In this document: positions 18,895 to 26,799 of the stretch, in pieces
Layout: every line of letters starts with the position of its first letter
How positions within the stretch are numbered: position 1 is the first letter of the stretch
Source: Flavobacteriales bacterium
GTDB taxonomy: Bacteria; Bacteroidota; Bacteroidia; Flavobacteriales_D; CAJJDF01
DNA: 64,000 nt
Reading direction: 5' to 3'
Assembly: GCA_965658995.1 (NCBI GenBank)
Contig: CBFHVI010000005.1
Coordinates: 5,349 to 69,348, forward strand
Made by a program: the position numbers and the translations under genes
Notes under the pieces: generated by a model
Told to the model about the DNA's origin: nothing
Database searches by the model: none
Seen by the model: only the letters and a program-made list of their open reading frames with translations

Positions 18895-19665
18895 TTAATG
18901 ATCTCCTGTTTTACTCTTAAAAAAGATGCTTTTTACTTTTACAGCAGGTACCCATAGTTTAGATAAGATATACTTTACAGGGTTACTTTTATCTACTTTC
19001 CATTTAGTAGTTCTGGCTGACTCTTGTTGTTTTTCGTGAATAGTAAAAGCGTAGGTAGCCATGGACAATCTTGCCTTTCCTGGAGGAAAGTTGATTTTGT
19101 CGTACCCGTGTAAGGTGTAGCCTCTACATTGCATTATCGCCAATCGATTGAAAGGCACTCCTATTTCTGTTTTTTCGCCAGTTTCGCTATGTTCTAGTTT
19201 CAAATGTCCTCCATACTCTTCCTTCCAATCTTTGTTTAAATACAACAGAATATTTAAATTTCGATACCAAGTAGGCTTTAGAGGGTGGTAATTGAAATCA
19301 ACATGCATATCAAGAAAGCTTCCTTCCTTTCCTTGATGAATTCCTCCACCGTATAGGTCTGGATCTACAAAAACGTCCTCATTGGTTATGTACTTTAGTA
19401 ATTCTTTGAATCGATCCGAGGTCATTTCTTCATGAAACTCTTGAAATTCAGGGCCAATCTCTCGAATTTTAGATTTTTCATATTTGTTTTTAGAAAAAGC
19501 ATAGTCTGCACTTTTTGTTTCTATATCTGGAATTGCATTTACCAGCGCGGTAAGCTTTTCTTCATCACAAAAATTATCAATCGCAATGCAAGGAAATGGC
19601 TTTGCAGTCATGTATTCTTCTCTGAGCTTTGCTTTGTTTGCTTCTAAATAATCAAAGTTTATCAT
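18895..19665 (-). CDS. 2OG-Fe(II) oxygenase superfamily protein
   Basis: 256 aa. HxD (MHVDF) and a distal His (TLHGY) in a P4H-like layout. It starts 10 nt downstream of kynA on the same strand. Confidence 0.6.
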   Translation of the reverse strand: MINFDYLEANKAKLREEYMTAKPFPCIAIDNFCDEEKLTALVNAIPDIETKSADYAFSKNKYEKSKIREIGPEFQEFHEEMTSDRFKELLKYITNEDVFVDPDLYGGGIHQGKEGSFLDMHVDFNYHPLKPTWYRNLNILLYLNKDWKEEYGGHLKLEHSETGEKTEIGVPFNRLAIMQCRGYTLHGYDKINFPPGKARLSMATYAFTIHEKQQESARTTKWKVDKSNPVKYILSKLWVPAVKVKSIFFKSKTGDH

Positions 19666-19675
19666 AATGTATCGG

Positions 19676-20614
19676 TTATAGGTCGTTCAAAATTTTAATT
19701 TCTTCCAAATTAGTAATCCCCCAGTTGTCTTTTTCTTCTTGTTCCCAAAGATCGGGAAAGAAGATTCTTTTTTGGTACTTTGGGTGCATGTATTTGTGCC
19801 AATCGCTTCCTCCGGTAGCAGTTGCTTCACCCAGGTATTTGGCTGCTGCATTGTAATGATGCATCACCCATTTTATATTTACCGTATAGTCATAGTGGCG
19901 CATAGCGTTTACAAGGTCTATATTTTTTTGATAAGAATCAGGTAATTGCTTAAACTTTGTCCAAAGATTTACTGTATTGTAATCTTTCATCCAATCGATA
20001 AGTGTTCGCTTGTATTTTTTTTCAAAATTGGTAAGCAACGCGTTCTTTTTTCTAGTTTTGTAGTCTTTTCCTGCTGCCTGCCAATACATGTGTTCAAAGG
20101 CATGCTCAAAGGGTGTGTCACGATCAATCGTAGCTCTAAATCGCAAATCTATCAGGTTGATAAGTTCGGTTGACGCAATTTCAATTTGGCGGTATTGAGC
20201 GCTTTGGAATCCACTTGCGGGAGTCAGTGTATCACGAAACTTCATGTATTGCTCCAGTTCCATTCCATCGCCCATCACGGTAAACGAATTGGCAAGCACA
20301 TCAAAATACCGACTAATTCGCCCAAGGTGCATGGTAAATTTTTCGGGCTGAATTTCTTCTTCCTCAGCTATTTGGGCTATTTCCCACAAGATCATTTTAA
20401 ACAACAATTCGTTTACTTGGTGGTACATGATAAATACCATTTCGTCTTTGAGTTGGGTGCGTTGTATTTGCAAACTTAATAGCGCATCTACATTCGCAAA
20501 GTCCCAGTAAGTCATGGGCTCTGCGTGCAACAATCCCGATAAATGAACGTCTGGGTTCTGACCCATCGCCTCGTACTTTTTGTCAATCGCTTTTAATAAT
20601 TCTTCTCTATTCAT
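19676..20614 (-). CDS. kynA: tryptophan 2,3-dioxygenase
   Basis: 312 aa. YWDFANVDALLSLQ...DEMVFIMYHQVNELLFKMILWE resembles the bacterial TDO helical core. Confidence 0.8.
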   Translation of the reverse strand: MNREELLKAIDKKYEAMGQNPDVHLSGLLHAEPMTYWDFANVDALLSLQIQRTQLKDEMVFIMYHQVNELLFKMILWEIAQIAEEEEIQPEKFTMHLGRISRYFDVLANSFTVMGDGMELEQYMKFRDTLTPASGFQSAQYRQIEIASTELINLIDLRFRATIDRDTPFEHAFEHMYWQAAGKDYKTRKKNALLTNFEKKYKRTLIDWMKDYNTVNLWTKFKQLPDSYQKNIDLVNAMRHYDYTVNIKWVMHHYNAAAKYLGEATATGGSDWHKYMHPKYQKRIFFPDLWEQEEKDNWGITNLEEIKILNDL

Positions 20615-20620
20615 GTTTTT

Positions 20621-20690
20621 TAGAGTAAAGAAAAAAGAACAAAGAGAAAAGACATTATTGCAAGGTCTTTTCTCTATTAACTTTTCTCTA
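20621..20690. repeat. heptad-periodic purine tract, hairpin and pyrimidine tract (kynA leader / hppD 3' end)
   Basis: TAGAGTA-AAGAAAA-AAGAACA-AAGAGAA-AAGAC (20621-20653) matches 21907-21939 at 29/33. AGAGAAAAGAC/GTCTTTTCTCT is a perfect 11-bp stem (20643-20653 / 20665-20675). On the minus strand it is followed by a T-rich run, so it is terminator-like. Confidence 0.7.
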
Positions 20691-20728
20691 TTTTTTTAGA
20701 TTTTTTTTAAATACTTCCAACTTCATGC

Positions 20729-21889
20729 TTATAATGTTCCTCTCTTAGCTTGCTCTCTCTCAATCGATTCGAACAAAGCTTTGAAGTTTCCGGCACCAAA
20801 TCCTCTTGCTCCCATTCGTTGGATGATTTCAAAAAACAGGGTTGGCCTGTCTTCCACAGGTTTGGTGAAGATTTGCAACAAATAGCCTTCTTCGTCAGCA
20901 TCAATCATGATACCGAGTCCTTTTAGCGTTTCGATGTCTTCTTTTAGTTCGTGCGAGTGTTCTTCTAGTCGTCCTGGCACTGCTCGGTAATACTCTTCGG
21001 GTGGAGTAGACAAAAACTCAATTCCTCGCGCTCTCAGTTTACTCACCGTGGTGATGATGTCGTCTGTTGCCACAGCAATGTGCTGTACACCAGGCCCTTC
21101 GTAATAATCGAGGTATTCTTCTATCTGCGATTTCTTTTTTCCTTCTGCCGGCTCGTTGATAGGGAATTTTATTCTTCCATTTCCGTTACTCATCACTTTA
21201 CTCATTAGTGCAGAATATTCGGTATGGATTTGTTTGTCATCAAACGACAAGAAATTCACGAATCCCATCACATCTTCGTACCATTTTACCCAGGTATTCA
21301 TTTCATTCCAACCTACATTTCCTACCATGTGGTCGATAAATTTGAGTCCGGTGGGCTCTGGGTTGTAATCCGATTCCCATTTTTCGTACCCAGGCAAAAA
21401 CTCTCCTTTGTAGTTTTTTCTTTCTACAAACAAGTGTATTGTTTCTCCGTAGGTATAAATTCCGGCTCGCACCACTTCGCCATGTTCGTCTTTTTCGATG
21501 GTGGGTTCCATGTAGGATTTTGCGCCACGTTTGGTGGTTTCTTCCCACGATTTTTTGGCATCGTCTACCCACAGGGCCACAAATTTTACTCCATCGCCAT
21601 GCTTGGCTATATGCTCGTTCATCCAGCTGCTTGAGTTAAGCGGGGTAGTAAGCACCAGTCGTATTTTGTCTTGTTTCAGTACATACGATGCATATTCTTT
21701 GCAGCCAGTTTCTAGTCCTTTGAATGCGTGAGACTGAAACCCAAAGGCTGTTTTGTAAAAGTGAGCCGCCTGCTTCGCATTTCCTACTATAAACTCTACA
21801 TAGTCAGTTCCTAGTAGAGGAAGGAAATCTTGTGCTCCCTCAAATATTTTTTCTAATCCGTATTCTACGTTTTTTATGTCTTGTTTCAT
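20729..21889 (-). CDS. hppD: 4-hydroxyphenylpyruvate dioxygenase
   Basis: 386 aa. IDHMVGNV, GPGVQHIA and FFEIIQR...GFGAGNFKALFESIEREQ motifs. Confidence 0.93.
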   Translation of the reverse strand: MKQDIKNVEYGLEKIFEGAQDFLPLLGTDYVEFIVGNAKQAAHFYKTAFGFQSHAFKGLETGCKEYASYVLKQDKIRLVLTTPLNSSSWMNEHIAKHGDGVKFVALWVDDAKKSWEETTKRGAKSYMEPTIEKDEHGEVVRAGIYTYGETIHLFVERKNYKGEFLPGYEKWESDYNPEPTGLKFIDHMVGNVGWNEMNTWVKWYEDVMGFVNFLSFDDKQIHTEYSALMSKVMSNGNGRIKFPINEPAEGKKKSQIEEYLDYYEGPGVQHIAVATDDIITTVSKLRARGIEFLSTPPEEYYRAVPGRLEEHSHELKEDIETLKGLGIMIDADEEGYLLQIFTKPVEDRPTLFFEIIQRMGARGFGAGNFKALFESIEREQAKRGTL

Positions 21890-21906
21890 GTTTGCTCGTT
21901 TTATTT

Positions 21907-21939
21907 TAGAGAAAAGAAAATAGAAATAAGAGAAAAGAC
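21907..21939. repeat. heptad-periodic purine tract (left flank of the four-helix-bundle gene, hppD leader)
   Basis: TAGAGAA-AAGAAAA-TAGAAAT-AAGAGAA-AAGAC. It matches the reverse complement of 22341-22374 at 26/33. Confidence 0.7.
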
Positions 21940-21942
21940 TCT

Positions 21943-22296
21943 TTATAATCCATTTTGAAATCCCATTGTCATTTTTTGAAATTCAGTTATTTTGTTTATT
22001 AACTTTTCCTCTATATCAATATATTTTCTGTGTTTAGCTACTAATATTTGTGTTATTAATTCGAATGAAGAGCCCAAGGAGATATCAAGAAAGTGAGAGA
22101 ATGATTTATTTGTTCTTGCAGAACCCCCAGCAATATTGCTTGGCATATAAACTGAACACCTACTCATTTGAGAACTTAAAACAAATTTTTCATGTTTCGG
22201 AAATTCAATAACTATAACAGAAACATCAAAAGCAATTTCAATTCCTAACTGCCATATTTTAAGGCTTTTATAATTATGTCTTTTCTTTTCACCCAT
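21943..22296 (-). CDS. four-helix-bundle protein (23S rRNA intervening-sequence protein family)
   Basis: 117 aa. YKSLKIWQLGIEI...NIAGGSAR...FLDISLGSSFEL pattern typical of this family. Confidence 0.8.
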   Translation of the reverse strand: MGEKKRHNYKSLKIWQLGIEIAFDVSVIVIEFPKHEKFVLSSQMSRCSVYMPSNIAGGSARTNKSFSHFLDISLGSSFELITQILVAKHRKYIDIEEKLINKITEFQKMTMGFQNGL

Positions 22297-22340
22297 TTAA
22301 GATAAGATTATTCTTTTATCTCAGAGCTAATCCTTTCATA

Positions 22341-22374
22341 GCTCTTTTATCTATTTTCTTTATTCTATTCTCTA
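22341..22374. repeat. pyrimidine tract (right flank of the four-helix-bundle gene)
   Basis: GCTCTTTTATCTATTTTCTTTATTCTATTCTCTA. It is an imperfect inverted copy of 21907-21939. Confidence 0.65.
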
Positions 22375-22376
22375 TT

Positions 22377-23537
22377 TTAGTGATCCAGCCACGACTTATA
22401 ATAATCTCCATCCTCCAGTTTCACGGCTTCTTCTGTTACCATCAGGGGTTTAAAAGTATCTACCATTACTGCCAGTTCTTCGGTTTCGGTTTTTCCGATG
22501 CTTCGTTCCATGGCTCCTGGGTGCGGCCCGTGCGGAATTCCTGCGGGGTGAAGGGTTATTTGTCCTTTTTCGATGTTGTTTCGGCTCATAAAATCTCCAT
22601 CTACGTAGTACAGCACTTCGTCCGAATCTATGTTGCTGTGGTTGTAGGGAGCAGGTACGGCTTTTGGGTGGTAATCGTACAATCTGGGTACAAAGGAGCA
22701 AATCACAAAGCTGTCGGTTTCGAATGTCTGGTGAATAGGTGGCGGCAAATGCACTCGTCCGGTGATAGGTTCGAAATCATGGATAGAGAATTTGTACGGA
22801 AAATTGTATCCATCCCAACCCACTACGCTAAAAGGATGAGCCGCATAATTGTACTCGTGAATCATGTCTTGTTTTTTTACTTTGACCAAGAAATCACCTT
22901 TTTCGTCAAAAGTTTCTAGCTCAGAAGGGCCGTGCAAATCTCTTTCGCAAAAGGGTGAATGCTCCAGGTGCTGCCCAAACCAGTTTCGGTATCTTTTGGG
23001 GGTGTAAACAGGACTTTTGGATTCTACAATAAACAAGCGATTGTCTTCCGTGTCAAAGTTTATTTGGTAAATCATACCACGAGGAATTACTAGGTAATCT
23101 CCATACTCAAACTCAATATTTCCCATCATGGTTCGGAGTTTTCCTGAGCCTTCGTGGATAAAAATTACCTCGTCACTGTCAGTGTTTTTGTAAAAATACT
23201 CGGTGAGAGATTTCTTGGGCGAAGCCAAAATAATCTGGCAGTCGCTATTCATCAGTACGCATTTTCTGCTTTCCAAAAAATCATTGATTGGCGGAACTTT
23301 AAACCCTTTGAGAGCCAAAGATTTCATGTTTTTTTCAACCGCAATTTTGGGTGCAACCGAGTACGATTTTACCACTTCTTTTACCTGTGTAGGTCGGTGA
23401 GTGTGGTAGAGCAAGGACGACATTCCATCAAAACCAATGGTCCCGAACAGTTCTTCGTAGTAATACGAGCCATTTGGCTTGGTAAAAACGGTGTGTCGTT
23501 TTGGTGGGATATTCCCAAGAGTGTGGTATCTAGGCAT
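22377..23537 (-). CDS. hmgA: homogentisate 1,2-dioxygenase
   Basis: 386 aa. MPRYHTLGNIPPKRHT N-terminus and the HPAGIPHGPHPG block. Confidence 0.93.
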   Translation of the reverse strand: MPRYHTLGNIPPKRHTVFTKPNGSYYYEELFGTIGFDGMSSLLYHTHRPTQVKEVVKSYSVAPKIAVEKNMKSLALKGFKVPPINDFLESRKCVLMNSDCQIILASPKKSLTEYFYKNTDSDEVIFIHEGSGKLRTMMGNIEFEYGDYLVIPRGMIYQINFDTEDNRLFIVESKSPVYTPKRYRNWFGQHLEHSPFCERDLHGPSELETFDEKGDFLVKVKKQDMIHEYNYAAHPFSVVGWDGYNFPYKFSIHDFEPITGRVHLPPPIHQTFETDSFVICSFVPRLYDYHPKAVPAPYNHSNIDSDEVLYYVDGDFMSRNNIEKGQITLHPAGIPHGPHPGAMERSIGKTETEELAVMVDTFKPLMVTEEAVKLEDGDYYKSWLDH

Positions 23538-23758
23538 ACTTTAAATGTAATAAATTTATAGAAGTTTTAAATGAAAATTGGGCGTAAATAACCCTATTAC
23601 TCAGGATTTTTGATAATCACAGAGAGCTTGAGCGAAAAGATATTTTCCCAGCTTGTTTTCATTTAATCGTTTGAATTGGTGAAACGAAGAACTCTCCGTT
23701 TTTTATTCGTCCTAAAATTAAGAAAAATATCCGACAACCTACACTGATAAAAATCAGT

Positions 23759-24025
23759 TTATTGAATTAACTCATCGAGTGGAAGGGCAGCTTCGGGACA
23801 ATGTTTTTCCATTCCTTCCACTATTTTTTCTTGGTCGAGGGATCCAAACTCCTTTCGGGCATTTACCTCATCGGAACATCGCATCACTTCTAGTATGTTT
23901 TGTTTTTCTTTGTCAAATTTTTTGAGGCATTCGCATCGTGCTTCAATTGCTTGGTCTAGAAGTGGTTTTTCTTCTTGGCATTGGGTGAGAAAGAATAAGG
24001 AGAGTAAAAAAATGGCTTTTTTCAT
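23759..24025 (-). CDS. small secreted Cys-containing protein, unknown
   Basis: 88 aa. Signal peptide ending LTQC. Further Cys at C-E-C, RCS and HC. Confidence 0.45.
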   Translation of the reverse strand: MKKAIFLLSLFFLTQCQEEKPLLDQAIEARCECLKKFDKEKQNILEVMRCSDEVNARKEFGSLDQEKIVEGMEKHCPEAALPLDELIQ

Positions 24026-24109
24026 GGATACATTTATTATTGATATTAAAAATAACGAATTTTATTCACCGAATAGGTTAAGATGGATGTTTTATCGGGT
24101 AATAATACT

Positions 24110-24117
24110 TAATTTTG
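24110..24117 (+). promoter_or_regulatory. -7 promoter box (TAATTTTG) abutting the thiL ATG
   Basis: Exact TAnnTTTG match. Only 4 nt separate its G from the A of ATG 24122, which predicts a leaderless mRNA. Confidence 0.45.
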
Positions 24118-24121
24118 CCTT

Positions 24122-25174
24122 ATGGAAGAAAAAAGAACTGCACTGAGCGAATTAGGAGAATTTGGGTTTATCGATAGACTCATGAAGAAGATAAAAATTA
24201 CGGATAAATCTGTAATAAAAGGAATAGGGGATGATGCTGCTGTGGTAGATTTTGGAAACAAAAAAACAGTGATATCAACCGATACACTGACCGAAGGAGT
24301 TCATTTTGATGTGTCGTACACTCCACTCAAACACCTCGGCTACAAAGCTGTGGTGGTAAATTTATCCGATATTTTTGCAATGAACGCTCAGCCAAAAGCC
24401 ATTACGGTGGCACTTAGTTTTTCGAGCCGATACCCTGTAGAAGCCATAGACGAGTTGTACGAAGGAATTTTGCTTGCCGCCAGTATCTACGGAGTGGAAG
24501 TGATAGGTGGCGACACCACTACTTCGCTTTCTGGACTCATCATCAATATTACGGCAATGGGCGTGGCCAATGAAGAAGAAATTGTGTACCGAAATGGAGC
24601 ACAAGAAAATGATTTGTTGGTAGTAACGGGCGATTTGGGCTCAGCTTATGTTGGGTTGCAGTTGCTCGAAAGAGAAAAACAAGTTTTTAAAGCCAATGAC
24701 AAAATTCAGCCAGATTTGGAAGGAAACGACTACGTATTGGAACGGATTTTGAAACCAGAAGCTCGAGCAGACATCATCGAATTATTGGCAAAAATGGAAG
24801 TGAAACCCACCAGTATGATTGATATTTCGGATGGATTGGCTTCGGAGATTTTTCATATTTGTACCCAAAGTGGCGTAGGCTGTAACGTGTACGAAGACAA
24901 ATTGCCTATCGACCCACAAACAGTATTGACAGCCCAAGATTTTGGGATGTCGCCTACGATAGTCGCCCTCAACGGTGGAGAAGATTACGAATTGTTGTTC
25001 ACTATAAAGCAAAGTGATTTTGAGAAGATAAAAGGAAATCCACACATGACAGTTATTGGCCATATGACAGATAAAAATGCGGGGGTAAACTTGGTAACGA
25101 GAGACAATACTTCGCAACCACTTACGGCACAAGGTTGGGATGCTTTTTTGAAAAGAGAAGCGGAGGACGAGTAA
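24122..25174 (+). CDS. thiL: thiamine-monophosphate kinase
   Basis: 350 aa. LSELGEFGFIDRL, GIGDDAAV and GGDTT motifs of the AIR-synthase-like ThiL family. Confidence 0.88.
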   Translation: MEEKRTALSELGEFGFIDRLMKKIKITDKSVIKGIGDDAAVVDFGNKKTVISTDTLTEGVHFDVSYTPLKHLGYKAVVVNLSDIFAMNAQPKAITVALSFSSRYPVEAIDELYEGILLAASIYGVEVIGGDTTTSLSGLIINITAMGVANEEEIVYRNGAQENDLLVVTGDLGSAYVGLQLLEREKQVFKANDKIQPDLEGNDYVLERILKPEARADIIELLAKMEVKPTSMIDISDGLASEIFHICTQSGVGCNVYEDKLPIDPQTVLTAQDFGMSPTIVALNGGEDYELLFTIKQSDFEKIKGNPHMTVIGHMTDKNAGVNLVTRDNTSQPLTAQGWDAFLKREAEDE

Positions 25175-25176
25175 AT

Positions 25177-25214
25177 TCCCATCCCAGCCTTCCTAAAGGG
25201 AAGGAGCATTCTCG
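25177..25214. repeat. CCCATCCC...GGGA(A/G)GGA..ATTCTCG repeat unit with internal hairpin
   Basis: TTCCCATCCCAGCCTTCCTAAAGGGAAGGAGCATTCTCG with a CCTTCC/GGAAGG stem. A second copy lies at 62863-62901. Confidence 0.65.
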
Positions 25215-25261
25215 TAATTTTTCAAATTCCCTTCCCTTTGAGAAGAATTGGATTTTCATCT

Positions 25262-25287
25262 GTCATTCTGAACTTGATTCAGGATCT
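25262..25287. repeat. solo arm of the GTCA-hairpin-TCT repeat family
   Basis: GTCATTCTGAACTTGATTCAGGATCT, 50 nt downstream of the GNAT stop codon. Confidence 0.8.
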
Positions 25288-25336
25288 AGCAAAGAATATT
25301 TCACGAATAACATCAATAGAATGGCAAATTCAAAGA

Positions 25337-25813
25337 TTAACGTAACAACTCCAAAACCCCGTCAAAATCCTTCCCCAATATCTTCCCATTGTACCATTCT
25401 TTCTCAATAGTAGAGTTGTATTTTTCGTAGAAATTAATGGCAGGTTTGTTCCAATCTAGCACTTGCCATTTGGCTAAACTAGCTCCAAGATTTTGTGCTT
25501 CTTCCAAAAAGGCTTTGAACAATAGTTTTCCTATTCCATTTCCTCGCAATCCTTCTTTCACCACAAAATCTTCTAAGTATAGCATTTTGCCTTTCCAGGT
25601 GGAATAAGCCATGTAGTAAAAGGCAAGTCCTACTATTTCGTTTTCTTCTTCGGCAAGAATAATGTCAAACACCTTGTTCTCAAAATCTTTTTCGTAGTCC
25701 GCTAAAGTTACAGTTACTTCTTGAGGTGCTTTTTCGTAAAGGGCTAGTTCGTTCACCAAATCCAGCACGGCTTGCAAATCTTGTTTGGTGGCTTTTCGTA
25801 GGGTTGTTTTCAT
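25337..25813 (-). CDS. GNAT family N-acetyltransferase
   Basis: 158 aa. Acetyl-CoA motif VKEGLRGNGIGKLLF. Confidence 0.85.
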   Translation of the reverse strand: MKTTLRKATKQDLQAVLDLVNELALYEKAPQEVTVTLADYEKDFENKVFDIILAEEENEIVGLAFYYMAYSTWKGKMLYLEDFVVKEGLRGNGIGKLLFKAFLEEAQNLGASLAKWQVLDWNKPAINFYEKYNSTIEKEWYNGKILGKDFDGVLELLR

Positions 25814-25892
25814 GCAATGAATTTAAAACTTTACTAGTCATAAAACAAAAAATGGGTAGTCCTTCCAATAATCATAAAGAAAATAAAGAAGG

Positions 25893-25972
25893 CCTTCCTG
25901 AACTTGATTCAGGGTCTATTAGCAACTCTTTGATTTATTAATTGACAGATGCTGAATCAAGTTCAGCATGAC
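25893..25972. repeat. paired-arm copy of the hairpin repeat family
   Basis: Left arm CCTTCCTGAACTTGATTCAGGGTCT. Right arm AGATGCTGAATCAAGTTCAGCATGAC. The arms are in inverted orientation. Confidence 0.8.
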
Positions 25973-26021
25973 TACTTGTTTTGTTCTATCAGTTTACTTT
26001 AACATTCAAAGGTCATAAATT

Positions 26022-26690
26022 TTACCGTAACAACTCCTTGGCAATTATCAAGTCAATCGGACTCGTAATTTTAATATTCTCAGAGTTTCCTTTTACCGGA
26101 TGAATATCGTGATTGTTAGCTTCATAAACCGAAGCATCGTCCGTAAATTTACGAGAGTAATCCTTGCAGTAAGCTTCTTTAATCAGTTGTGCATCAAAAT
26201 ACTGTGGAGTTTGCACCTGTTTGATGAAACTGCGGTCTACAATTTCGTTTCGGTGTTCATTTATGTACCGCAAACTGTTTACCGAATCTACTACCGGTAT
26301 GGCAGAAAAATGAGTTTCTGTTTCGCGAAAACATCGTAAAATTGTGTCGGTCGACACGAGAGGACGAACAGAATCATGAATTCCTACGATAGCATTTCTT
26401 GGTATTAATTCTAACGCATTTTTTACCGAAAAGAATCGTTCTTGCCCTCCTTTTACAACTTGATAATTGAAGTGGAAATTATATTCCTTCACCATCGATT
26501 CCCAATATTCGATATAATCTGGATGCAGAGATATTACAAATTGAATGGAGCTATCCGCTTCTAGAAATCGTTCGATTGTATGCAGAATAATCGGTTTGTT
26601 GTGAATCTTAATAAATTGCTTGGGCAATGGAGAATTCATTCTTTTCCCTACGCCACCTGCCACAATAATTACATAATGGTTTGAATTCAT
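26022..26690 (-). CDS. ispD: 2-C-methyl-D-erythritol 4-phosphate cytidylyltransferase
   Basis: 222 aa. VIIVAGGVGKRMNSPLPKQF N-terminus and the VHDSVRP-like IHDSVRP block. Confidence 0.9.
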   Translation of the reverse strand: MNSNHYVIIVAGGVGKRMNSPLPKQFIKIHNKPIILHTIERFLEADSSIQFVISLHPDYIEYWESMVKEYNFHFNYQVVKGGQERFFSVKNALELIPRNAIVGIHDSVRPLVSTDTILRCFRETETHFSAIPVVDSVNSLRYINEHRNEIVDRSFIKQVQTPQYFDAQLIKEAYCKDYSRKFTDDASVYEANNHDIHPVKGNSENIKITSPIDLIIAKELLR

Positions 26691-26762
26691 AGGACTAAAT
26701 ATAAGGAAAACAACTTGAATTATTTCGCTTGTTTTGTTCGGTTTATTTTTTGTGAGTAAAGC

Positions 26763-26789
26763 AAAAAAAAAGAGAGTCGTAAAACTCTC
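26763..26789 (-). terminator. rho-independent terminator after queA
   Basis: GAGAGT-loop-ACTCTC stem followed on the minus strand by a T9 run. Confidence 0.6.
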
Positions 26790-26799
26790 AAAATGTGTA

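Noticed and set aside
21156-21731. Cluster of overlapping ORFs (66-136 aa) on both strands within hppD
   Set aside because: All of them overlap the unambiguous HPPD reading frame, and their R/W/H-rich translations are typical of out-of-frame reads.
22380-22919. 179-aa plus-strand ORF antisense to hmgA (also 23154-23561)
   Set aside because: It is embedded in the homogentisate dioxygenase gene and has no independent signals.
25135-25410. 91-aa ORF spanning the thiL-GNAT spacer (also 25726-25941 and 25680-25868)
   Set aside because: It reads straight through the hairpin repeats (HPSLPKGKEHS, SELDSGSS peptides). This is the classic spurious translation of intergenic repeats.
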